The notes beneath the pieces were generated by a model. The model saw nothing but the letters and a program-made list of their open reading frames with translations, made no database searches and had not been told where the DNA came from. This document shows positions 16,503 to 24,931 of a DNA stretch of 64,000 nt, in pieces. This stretch comes from Lachnospiraceae bacterium. GTDB taxonomy: Bacteria; Bacillota; Clostridia; Lachnospirales; Lachnospiraceae. The DNA lies in the NCBI GenBank assembly GCA_045643145.1, contig JAZUKG010000232.1, positions 31,412-95,411 of the forward strand. Reading direction: 5' to 3'. A program made the translations under genes and the position numbers. The first letter of the stretch is position 1. Every line of letters begins with the position of its first letter.

Positions 16503-17996
16503 ATGGAAAAAGAAGAATCAAGTTTTGGTTTACTTAGTATTTTATACAGTATTTTCTTTTGTTTCTGTTTCTTTAAAAATGCAAAAGGAATTACTTCCCC
16601 GATTTTCTGGGTGGTTTCAATTATTTACTTTTTATATTATTTCAAAAAGAATGATCTAAAAATCAGCAAAAAAGAGACCTGTTTTTATTCTCTTTCCATC
16701 TTTTTACTGGCACTTTCGAATTTCTTAACTGCCAGCTCTCTGATGGTTTTTTATAATGGTGTTGCTATCCTTTTACTTTTGTCATGCTTTTTAATAAAGC
16801 CTTTTTATGACACCAGAAAATGGGACTTCACCAAGTATTTATCCAGTGTTTTACTGATTATTGTCAGATCCCTGGGTAAAATAGGTGCTCCGTTTATCAG
16901 CTTAAATCATTATATTAAATCCAAAGCCGGTGAAAAAAGCAAGGTGATTTATTCCATCCTTCTCGGTTTGGTAATCTCCATTCCTCTTTTACTGATTGTA
17001 GGCGGCCTTTTGTTAAGTGCCGACGCGGTATTTAAACATGTAACAGAAAGTATTCTGGATGGTTTATATGACTTTATCAATATACCAAATTATATTTTGA
17101 CAGCATTTCTGTTTGTCTGCGGCTTGTTACTTTCCTTCTGTTCCCTGGCAGAGCTTTCAACCCGCAAATTAAATCCGGAAATGAAGGATAAAAAGACTAT
17201 GGATCCTGTAATCGCCATTACCTTTACATCCATTATTACCATTGTGTATTTGTTCTTCTCCTTTGTTCAGATTTTCTCTCTCTTTTTAAAACAAATGGAT
17301 CTTCCAGAAAATTATACTTATGCAGAATATGCCAGAGAAGGATTCTTCCAGCTTTTATTCGTATGTCTGATTAACTTAGCATTGGTACTGTTTTGTAAAA
17401 AGCATTACAAGGATAACAAAATTTTAAAAGCTATTTTGTCTGTCATTTGCTTTTGCACCTATATCATGATTGCATCGAGTACCTACCGCATGATTTTATA
17501 TATTCAGGCTTATTATTTAACCTTTACCAGACTCTTTGTTTTACTGGCACTGTTTGTGATTACGCTTTGCCTGACAGGAATTCTGGTTTCGATTTACAAA
17601 GAAGATATTCCTCTGTTTTCCTATATGCTGGTGGTTGTTACCGTTTGCTTTGTGCTCTTTTCCATTTCCAAACCGGATTACTGGATTGCCAAGTACAACA
17701 TTGTGCAGGGAGGGAGCGAAAAAGGATACGATATTTCTTATATGTTTGAGCTGAGTATCGATGCGGCTCCTGCATTAAAAGAAGCCGGATTTTTTGACGG
17801 TGAAAACATAGCTAAAACAGAAAACCTGACAGATTCTACTTCACGATATTTATCTTATGTATATCCGGAAAATGCCAAAAATTATATGCTGTATATACAG
17901 GGAAAATATCAGGAAATGAATTATCGAACTTTGAATTTATCTACTTACATTGCATATCAGCAGATTAAGGATCAGGTCATAACAAAAAAAGAGTGA
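16503..17996 (+). CDS. Polytopic membrane protein (DUF4173/DUF4153-like)
   Basis: 497 aa, about 10-12 TM helices with a soluble C-terminal tail. Third gene of the DUF2975-HTH module. Confidence 0.7.
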   Translation: MEKEESSFGLLSILYSIFFCFCFFKNAKGITSPIFWVVSIIYFLYYFKKNDLKISKKETCFYSLSIFLLALSNFLTASSLMVFYNGVAILLLLSCFLIKPFYDTRKWDFTKYLSSVLLIIVRSLGKIGAPFISLNHYIKSKAGEKSKVIYSILLGLVISIPLLLIVGGLLLSADAVFKHVTESILDGLYDFINIPNYILTAFLFVCGLLLSFCSLAELSTRKLNPEMKDKKTMDPVIAITFTSIITIVYLFFSFVQIFSLFLKQMDLPENYTYAEYAREGFFQLLFVCLINLALVLFCKKHYKDNKILKAILSVICFCTYIMIASSTYRMILYIQAYYLTFTRLFVLLALFVITLCLTGILVSIYKEDIPLFSYMLVVVTVCFVLFSISKPDYWIAKYNIVQGGSEKGYDISYMFELSIDAAPALKEAGFFDGENIAKTENLTDSTSRYLSYVYPENAKNYMLYIQGKYQEMNYRTLNLSTYIAYQQIKDQVITKKE

Positions 17997-18018
17997 TGGT
18001 TTTCCATCACTCTTTTTT
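17991..18018 (+). terminator. Rho-independent terminator
   Basis: GAGTGATGG-tttt-CCATCACTC followed by TTTTTT. The stem includes the stop codon. Confidence 0.8.
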
Positions 18019-18035
18019 CCATTTGTCCACGTTTG

Positions 18036-18245
18036 CTAAAATAAAGGAACCTTTCCGTCATAAGCATCGTTAATTACAAAATACGCTGCAAAATCTTCCG
18101 GTTTGATATAAACCTGAAGCTTTTCGATTTTGGATACATCGTTTCCTTTTCTGGCATACTGATCATAAATTCTTTCAAGTACCGTATCCATATTTCCCTC
18201 AAGCTGACGATACTGAATAATGATTTCTTCTTTTTTCTTTTCCAT
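18036..18245 (-). CDS. Small conserved hypothetical protein
   Basis: I chose the start at MEKKKEE (RBS AGGGA upstream), giving 69 aa. No recognisable motif. Confidence 0.55.
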   Translation of the reverse strand: MEKKKEEIIIQYRQLEGNMDTVLERIYDQYARKGNDVSKIEKLQVYIKPEDFAAYFVINDAYDGKVPLF

Positions 18246-18326
18246 ACACATTCCCTGCCTTTCCGGCTTATGCCTGATTGCTAATACTACTGGTTGTCTT
18301 CTTCTACACAAATTTAAATATATGAA

Positions 18327-18704
18327 TTAATCATTCATACTTTCTACTTCTTTAATAAACTTTTTAATTCCCTTGAATGTTTTATCACTGATAAAGTGCA
18401 TCATTTTTTTACCGTCGACCTTTGCAGTTGCTTCATCTACATCTGTGGTCATCATCAAAAACTGTGCACATAATTCCTGCTTTTCAACGAGCTTTTTAGC
18501 CTGTGATAAACCTTCCTTGGTTAATACGAGATCTAAAGATTCTCCGTCTACCAATACACCTTCCTTTTTTAATTTGCCAATTGCACGGCTGACACTAGGT
18601 TTTGCAAAACCCAGTTCCTTTGCTACATCAATGGCACGTACCTTATCCTTTTTTAATGATAAGAGGTAAATAGTTTCTAAGTAAGTTTGTCCTGATTCTA
18701 ACAT
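18327..18704 (-). CDS. DtxR/MntR-family metal-dependent transcriptional regulator (short form)
   Basis: 125 aa. N-terminal wHTH (YLETIYLL...RAIDVAKELGFAKPSVSRAIGKL) plus a dimerisation helix region. Confidence 0.85.
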   Translation of the reverse strand: MLESGQTYLETIYLLSLKKDKVRAIDVAKELGFAKPSVSRAIGKLKKEGVLVDGESLDLVLTKEGLSQAKKLVEKQELCAQFLMMTTDVDEATAKVDGKKMMHFISDKTFKGIKKFIKEVESMND

Positions 18705-18736
18705 TGTTTCATCTCCTTTGTTTTTTACATGTGAAT

Positions 18737-19147
18737 TTATTTTGTCAATGTTTCTAATGTTTTGGCTAATTCTTCCTGACTAGGTGAAGTCGGGTTCCAT
18801 AAAATTCTCTGGCCGTCATTTTCATAACGCGGAATTAAATGCATATGATAATGGAATACTGTCTGGCCTGCTGCAGTGCCGTTGTTCTGTACGATATTAA
18901 AGCCGTCACAGCCCAGCTTTTCTGTCATTTCCTTTGCCATTTTCTTTGATAATACCATGACTTTTTTTGCGACCTCTTCATCGATTTCATAGAGGTCTTT
19001 ATAATGATCCTTTGGCAAAATAAGTGCATGTCCCTTGGTTGCAGGTCCGTTATCAAGAATCACGCGAAAAGTATCATCTTCATAAACGGTGTTGGTCGGA
19101 ATCTCTCCGTTTGCTAATTTACAAAAAATACAGTTTGAATCCTTCAT
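18737..19147 (-). CDS. HIT-family (histidine triad) nucleotide hydrolase
   Basis: Start at MKDSNCIFC (RBS GAAAGGAG). Histidine triad HYHMHLIP. Confidence 0.9.
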   Translation of the reverse strand: MKDSNCIFCKLANGEIPTNTVYEDDTFRVILDNGPATKGHALILPKDHYKDLYEIDEEVAKKVMVLSKKMAKEMTEKLGCDGFNIVQNNGTAAGQTVFHYHMHLIPRYENDGQRILWNPTSPSQEELAKTLETLTK

Positions 19148-19267
19148 TCTTTTGCTCCTTTCTATTGTCTCGATTGTAAATAATCGAGAATTGCATCGAT
19201 GATTTATCATCGAAACCCATTACATTTTCATATTTTACTTAACACTACCAATTCCCTATCGCGATTG

Positions 19268-20272
19268 CTAGGCAACCGGAAATAAAAACAAATCATCCAA
19301 TACTCTGAACTTGGCAAAATCGCCTTTCATCTTCATAACACCTGTCATAAAAGCTCTCTGGAACGTCATTCTGCCTCCGACGATTTCCAACAGGGTTTCT
19401 TCCTTTAAGGCCATTTCGATTTCTGTTTTTCTGTTTTCCATATCAAATATGGTTAGCTCTGTCTTATCAATACAAAGCTGCATAACCTGTTCTGTCTGAG
19501 CAGATTCAATTTTTAATGTATATACTCCGCTTGAACCCGGCTGCGGACGAAAAGCCTTTTTAAAATCAGAAGAGAAATCCTTTACCGGCTCCTGAGAAGC
19601 ACTGCTTAACTTACCCTTAAAGAATGAGGTAAGTGCCATGATATCTTCTTTTTGTCTTTGTACATAAGAATCATTTGAGGCATATTGTGAAAGCTGCTCA
19701 GATTCCTGAGGAGTCAAATCCAGACTCTTGTTAATCGCTACTGTCTGATTGACAGCCTGATTGCTCGCGGGAAGACTCTTTGTTTTTTGATGAATGGTTC
19801 GATAAATATTTTCAGCCTTCTTTTCAATCAGACTGATGTATTCCGGATTGTGCTCGAGCTGATCGGTATCCTTGATATAACCGCAAATACCGCTGCAAGG
19901 CAGTCCGCCGAGAATTTCCCAGGCAGTAGATAAATGAAGTTTTCCTTCTCTTTCACCATAGGTAGTACTCATAACAATCGGACACATATAAATATTTTTT
20001 ATTTTTTCTTTGTCACCGTAGAGCCAGATGGCATCCAAAAAGGTCTGCATATATCCGCCGATTCCGTGCCATTCCACGGTAGTAGCCAATATAATACCGT
20101 CAGCTGATTTCAGTGTCTGAGGTAAGGTGGTAATGGCATTTTTCAGTTCATACAAATTGTAACGCTCTACCGAAACATTCAATTCTTCCAAAACTGCCTG
20201 CATCTTGTCCAGAACAAATCCGGTCGGATCATCTACCAGTCCTCTTCCGCCATAATAAATATTAATTTTCAT
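19268..20272 (-). CDS. Flavodoxin-like/NAD(P)H-dependent FMN reductase domain fused to an SCP2 sterol-carrier-like domain
   Basis: 334 aa. The N-terminal about 150 aa are flavodoxin-fold like. The C-terminal about 100 aa carry the SCP2 signature FMTGVMKMKGDFAKF. Confidence 0.7.
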   Translation of the reverse strand: MKINIYYGGRGLVDDPTGFVLDKMQAVLEELNVSVERYNLYELKNAITTLPQTLKSADGIILATTVEWHGIGGYMQTFLDAIWLYGDKEKIKNIYMCPIVMSTTYGEREGKLHLSTAWEILGGLPCSGICGYIKDTDQLEHNPEYISLIEKKAENIYRTIHQKTKSLPASNQAVNQTVAINKSLDLTPQESEQLSQYASNDSYVQRQKEDIMALTSFFKGKLSSASQEPVKDFSSDFKKAFRPQPGSSGVYTLKIESAQTEQVMQLCIDKTELTIFDMENRKTEIEMALKEETLLEIVGGRMTFQRAFMTGVMKMKGDFAKFRVLDDLFLFPVA

Positions 20273-20290
20273 AAAACCGTAACCCCGCTT

Positions 20291-21319
20291 TTATTTCACT
20301 CTCTTTCGATAAAACAGCATGGCGAGCAAAAATCCTCCGATTAATCCGCCAATGTGTGCCGCATTATCTATATTTGTTCCTACAAATCCACTGTAAACCG
20401 AAAAACCTATCAAAAACAGAATCTTTCGGGTTGTCATGATTTCTATTTGTCCGTGATTACGAAGTGCTATCCAAAGAAGCGCTCCGATGATTCCAAAAAT
20501 AGCTCCGCTCGCCCCCAATGAACTGGTAAAGTTATTGGAAAGGTAGCAAAATCCCAAAGAAGCAAAGGATGCCAACATACCACTCAGCAGATAAAAAATC
20601 AAAAACTTGATATGACCCATCGCTCTTTCTACGATCTCACCCAATATATAAAGAATCAGCATATTCCCCAACAAGTGAGACATATCTGCATGCAAAAACA
20701 TACAGGTAAAAAGCCTGAAATACTCGCCTTTAAAAAATTGAGTAAAGTTAAGCATTCCTCTGTCATATAAAATATTTCCGGTTAAAACACAGCCTGTAAA
20801 TGCAAAGGCATTGATAATAAAAATCAAATGCGTCATAAACGGTCTTTGTTTGACATCTTTATAATAAGGCTTTCCTTTTGCATCATATTCTTGATGCGTT
20901 AGATTTTCATTTGGAATCTCTCCGGTAAAGTTTAATGCCTGATTTAGAACTTCCTTTACTCCGTAAAAATCTTCAACCTGACTTTGATCAATAATCAGCC
21001 GGTTTTGATCACTGTCGATACACCAGCAAAAGCGATTGTCTGTATAAAAATTTTCTCTGACATAATCCAAATCCTTTGTAATAAACAAAGAGAGCATATG
21101 AACTTCTACACATCCTCCGTCCATGAATCTCCAGGAGGCCTTGTTTTGAAACTGGTCATACTGCTCTTTGGAAAAATTGTTAGCAGTGGCTAAATCTGAT
21201 ATCAATATCGCTGTTACAAATCCGTTCTCAATAGAGAAGAACAAATCAATGCCTTCATCATTTGCAAACAGCTTTTTAAATCCACTGCGATTTAAAAAAT
21301 ATGCTATCTTGTCTTTCAT
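20291..21319 (-). CDS. Rhomboid-family intramembrane serine protease with an N-terminal cytoplasmic domain
   Basis: 342 aa. HADMSHLLGNM, catalytic GASGAIFG and AHIGGLIGG motifs. Confidence 0.88.
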   Translation of the reverse strand: MKDKIAYFLNRSGFKKLFANDEGIDLFFSIENGFVTAILISDLATANNFSKEQYDQFQNKASWRFMDGGCVEVHMLSLFITKDLDYVRENFYTDNRFCWCIDSDQNRLIIDQSQVEDFYGVKEVLNQALNFTGEIPNENLTHQEYDAKGKPYYKDVKQRPFMTHLIFIINAFAFTGCVLTGNILYDRGMLNFTQFFKGEYFRLFTCMFLHADMSHLLGNMLILYILGEIVERAMGHIKFLIFYLLSGMLASFASLGFCYLSNNFTSSLGASGAIFGIIGALLWIALRNHGQIEIMTTRKILFLIGFSVYSGFVGTNIDNAAHIGGLIGGFLLAMLFYRKRVK

Positions 21320-21420
21320 AAATTTAGCGTACCATTAATGTCGTAAAAAGTCAATGAATAGTTAGCCTTTGCTATCATTTATAGCAACTCTTTTGATTGT
21401 ACTGCCGGCAAGGCCGCGGT

Positions 21421-21457
21421 AACAAAGAAAAGAGGAATGGATCATTTCCATTCCTCT
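21421..21457 (-). terminator. Rho-independent terminator of the Rpn gene
   Basis: Minus strand AGAGGAATGG-aaatgat-CCATTCCTCT followed by TTTCTTTGTT. Confidence 0.7.
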
Positions 21458-21567
21458 AAAGCTTTGTTTTTAACAGTAATCTTTGCACTCGGATGGGTTT
21501 TAGGTCTTCATCCCAACCAATCGCTAAAGTTTTAAGTCTCTTATCCGACTTATAATTACAATAGGGG

Positions 21568-22419
21568 TTATTCATGTAATTCAAGGTCTGCTATTATAGC
21601 ACGTACTTCTTCAACGGAAAGCTGAATGTCATCATCTTGTGCAATAGCCTCTGGTGTCATTTTCATTCTCGAATATAAGATTTTTACTTTTCCTATAGTT
21701 TCACCTCTAGCTTCACCTCTAGCTTCGATTAGATTTAAAACTTCACTCATGTTATTCACCTTCCCTTCAAAGTTTTCTATATCTACAAAACGAGCATCCT
21801 CTGTTAGAACAGAAAATAATTTTAATACTTCGTCAACATGTTTGAAAGTATCTCCCGTAGGTCTATAGCTGTTATTTTCTCTAGTTTGAACAAAATAATC
21901 TGCAACAATACGAAAATCACTCTTAAACATCGCAACCTGTTCCCTTGACAAAAATGCTATATCAAACACATTGATTCCATAGTCATGAAAATAAGACTTT
22001 AATTCATCCGGAATACTCATAATTTCAGACAGATTCTTATTCTTCTCCCACCTAGCCTTACTGAAATTTAAGATAATGGTGATCACAGGATATGCCTTTG
22101 TATCAAAGCCTTCGTACTGCGAACGATACACTGCTCCGTCATAACCAATCACTCTAAGTGGCATATATTCGTCAATTCTTGTCTGATTTTCCAATCCTAT
22201 AAAAGAAATTTTGATGTTACATTTCTGCCAAATCTTAGATAAGTCTCTTTCCTGCTCATGTAGCTTACCATCTATCTTATATTGACTCTTATCTTTTGTA
22301 CTTTGCAATTCATTTTCGAGAATTACATTTTTTCCGTTAAATAAAAGTACATTTACAATATCGGCAAACACATCGTTATAGTCTGCTAACATTTTTTCTG
22401 AGATATCTTTTTCTCCCAT
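21568..22419 (-). CDS. Rpn-family (YhgA-like, transposase_31) PD-(D/E)XK recombination-promoting nuclease
   Basis: 283 aa. Conserved core FIGLENQTRIDEYMPLRVIGY. C-terminal E-A-R-G repeat tail. Confidence 0.85.
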   Translation of the reverse strand: MGEKDISEKMLADYNDVFADIVNVLLFNGKNVILENELQSTKDKSQYKIDGKLHEQERDLSKIWQKCNIKISFIGLENQTRIDEYMPLRVIGYDGAVYRSQYEGFDTKAYPVITIILNFSKARWEKNKNLSEIMSIPDELKSYFHDYGINVFDIAFLSREQVAMFKSDFRIVADYFVQTRENNSYRPTGDTFKHVDEVLKLFSVLTEDARFVDIENFEGKVNNMSEVLNLIEARGEARGETIGKVKILYSRMKMTPEAIAQDDDIQLSVEEVRAIIADLELHE

Positions 22420-22665
22420 ACTCCTTTTTCCTCTGCTTAGTTGATAGTTGCATCTATATAAACAGAGAAAGATACTGCTTGGCCATCCCTATTGTTGCTT
22501 TAATGGATAACTCTCGTATATTGGATTATAAAAGGGCAGGATTTTTACAGCTTATGTTTATAATATTATATGCTTCGCAGAGAGTTTTATCAATTTCTTT
22601 TTGAAGTGTTCTGTCACATCCTACCATAAAATATATAATCCTCATACCTATCAATCTCTTGCTTT

Positions 22666-23670
22666 TTATAGAAAGGGTAATGAATCAAATTGTTCATCCG
22701 GTATTTCAAATACAGACGTATCCTGTTTTTTATCTACTTCTGTTGTAGAGTAGTCATGTTTCGGCTTTGTCTTCTCTCGCCCGGAAGATGCCAACCTAGG
22801 ACTCAGGAGTGTAAAAATACAGCCTGATAAACCGACTATAAAAAATACAACACTTAATATTCCGTCCCGTTTTGAAAAATAAAAATATGCATTTACCGGT
22901 GCATACAAATAAGCCAGATATACACCATAGAATAACCCCAGCAAACATAAAACAAAAAATAAGCCCAAGGTAACCATGTCAAACGGAAGTTTTGATTGAA
23001 ATGTTTCTGCACCATTTACAATAAATTCCGTGTCTTCTGCTGCTATATCCAAAATATCCTTTGTTTCTATCAGACCATGCGAATTTGCCATCGGATTCTC
23101 TCCGGCAAGATGAGTATCAGATGGAATTTCCTCCTCTGCCTTTTTACAAAGACTTTGAATCATCGACAAAAGATTTGCATTCTCTTCCTTTGCCATCTGA
23201 TAAAACTGATAACCTAACACTACGGCCAGTTCATCTTCATGATCGATAAAAGCCAGTAGCTGTTCGGCAAAATGCTGAAGGTGGCCGGAGATTTCATTTT
23301 CTACTGCTTCCCTGCTTACGAGGTAACAAAAATACCAGTGCTCGTCTTTATAAAAAATCAGATCTGCTGCTAATGCAATATGTGAAAGGGATAAAAAATA
23401 GGCTTCTAAGTGTCTAGACAACTTTTGAATATCATAAAACAAATCCTTAAGCTGGTTTCCGGATAGCTTTTTATCCTTAAAGTCAGATAATGCTTTAAAA
23501 TCTGTGATGTCATAATACAGATTCTTTTCACCATTAAAGATTTCTTCCTTCATTGACAGTAATCCCGGAATAGAGTTTTCTAATATCATTCTTTTTTCAA
23601 AGCTTTGATCCTGCGTCTTAAATATTAAAAAACTCCCGTTTGCATTTTTTTGATAAGTAAAACTATCCAT
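22666..23670 (-). CDS. Tad-operon-associated membrane protein (cytoplasmic N-domain of about 225 aa, 2 TM, short tail)
   Basis: 334 aa. Overlaps the upstream gene by 8 nt. N-terminal pattern ...MILENSIPGLLSMKEE...LYYDIT. I could not assign a motif with confidence. Confidence 0.6.
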   Translation of the reverse strand: MDSFTYQKNANGSFLIFKTQDQSFEKRMILENSIPGLLSMKEEIFNGEKNLYYDITDFKALSDFKDKKLSGNQLKDLFYDIQKLSRHLEAYFLSLSHIALAADLIFYKDEHWYFCYLVSREAVENEISGHLQHFAEQLLAFIDHEDELAVVLGYQFYQMAKEENANLLSMIQSLCKKAEEEIPSDTHLAGENPMANSHGLIETKDILDIAAEDTEFIVNGAETFQSKLPFDMVTLGLFFVLCLLGLFYGVYLAYLYAPVNAYFYFSKRDGILSVVFFIVGLSGCIFTLLSPRLASSGREKTKPKHDYSTTEVDKKQDTSVFEIPDEQFDSLPFL

Positions 23671-24124
23671 CTTTTATTCCTTTCCATACTTTCTCTACTA
23701 TGACACCTTTCATTAACATCTCAGCCGGATTTTTTCTCGATCCTTTCTGACTGACCTCATAGGAAAATTTTCCTTTTTGTAAAAACGGCAGGGCTGCATT
23801 TTTTAATACAAAATCCTGAGACAGTTTGATATCTACTTTTACATTTGACTTTGTAACCCCAACTTTATATGTGATGGTCGGGTGAAAAATCAGCCGGTCT
23901 TTGGTTTCTTCCTGTATATAGCTGCTTATTCTTTTTTCTACGGATTGCGAATCATCCGAATCCATCTGACCGCCCAAAATGACTGCGCTACAGGCAACTT
24001 TTACGATTCTTTCTCTGTTATACAGATACCCGCTTATATCAATTAAAAATAAGGTACTAAACAATAAAATGACTATAAGAAGGGATAGCTCTACAGTCAT
24101 ACTTCCTTTTTGATTCTTTATCAT
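23663..24124 (-). CDS. TadE-like minor pilin (pseudopilin)
   Basis: 153 aa. N-terminus MIKNQKG/SMTVELSLLIVILLF fits the Flp/TadE G-x4-E processing motif followed by a TM helix. Confidence 0.75.
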   Translation of the reverse strand: MIKNQKGSMTVELSLLIVILLFSTLFLIDISGYLYNRERIVKVACSAVILGGQMDSDDSQSVEKRISSYIQEETKDRLIFHPTITYKVGVTKSNVKVDIKLSQDFVLKNAALPFLQKGKFSYEVSQKGSRKNPAEMLMKGVIVEKVWKGIKDG

Positions 24125-24915
24125 AATTCATCATTTACGCAGTCCTTACACGGACTGTAACCTCCGGCTTTTGATAACGGAATAATCTGTATGGTACGGG
24201 TTAAATCACTGCATTTCATGTTTGTATGATATCGATTTCCATAAGGCGTCAAAAATACGCTCATTTCCTCCAGGTCTTTTTTAGAAAAGCCTTTACTACA
24301 CAAATGACATCCATAATAAATAGCCCCATCTTCATTTCGATATTTTGACATCTTTTTACCTGAAACAATCTCAATCGTAATGTTCAGATGTGAACAGCTC
24401 CTTTTTTGGTGATATGCAGTCCCTTCCTTTGTAACATAAACATATCGGTTGTCATGAGAAGTCTCACTGCTGTAATCCACAGAATAACCTGTAAAAGCAT
24501 GTGCCAGACAATGATTTTCTGTTTGTAGTCCGGACAAAAAGGGATTCTGTAACAAAGGCTTTGCCCGATATATTCTTTGTTCTTTTACGATATCATTTTT
24601 TCTTCTCTCTACCAGCTGACTGTATGCTCCGACATATACGGCTTCTTTTTTTGTCAGCTCGTAAAGTTCAAACTCCTTTTGGGTATACTGCTCGAGCATA
24701 AATACAAAGGATAAAATGGTAAGAGAAGCAATCAAAAAGAAAGGCAACGTAACTGCCATTTCGATCATCATGCTTCCCTTTCCAGAGGCAAAGGAGGAGC
24801 CCGGTGATATTCTTCGAAAGATGATTAGCTTCTTGAAATTTAACGTCTGGAGAGCGTCTCCTTTCTTAAAAAAATATTTATTGTGTTGCTTTTTTTTATT
24901 CTCTTCGAAGAACAT
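24121..24915 (-). CDS. TadE-like minor pilin with a C-terminal duplicated Cys/His-motif domain
   Basis: Start at 24915 has a strong RBS (GAGGAG-7 nt-ATG) and no overlap with the upstream stop at 24932. GKG/SMMIEMAVTLPFFL motif. Two copies of YH-x4-CS-x-L ... C-x2-C. Confidence 0.7.
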   Translation of the reverse strand: MFFEENKKKQHNKYFFKKGDALQTLNFKKLIIFRRISPGSSFASGKGSMMIEMAVTLPFFLIASLTILSFVFMLEQYTQKEFELYELTKKEAVYVGAYSQLVERRKNDIVKEQRIYRAKPLLQNPFLSGLQTENHCLAHAFTGYSVDYSSETSHDNRYVYVTKEGTAYHQKRSCSHLNITIEIVSGKKMSKYRNEDGAIYYGCHLCSKGFSKKDLEEMSVFLTPYGNRYHTNMKCSDLTRTIQIIPLSKAGGYSPCKDCVNDEL

Positions 24916-24931
24916 CACCCGGCTCCTCTTT

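Noticed and set aside
21568-22419. Rpn protein as a bona fide transposase or IS element (the family is often annotated as putative transposase).
   Set aside because: I found no terminal inverted repeats, direct target duplications or second copy in the flanks. I treat it as a chromosomal nuclease gene rather than a mobile element.
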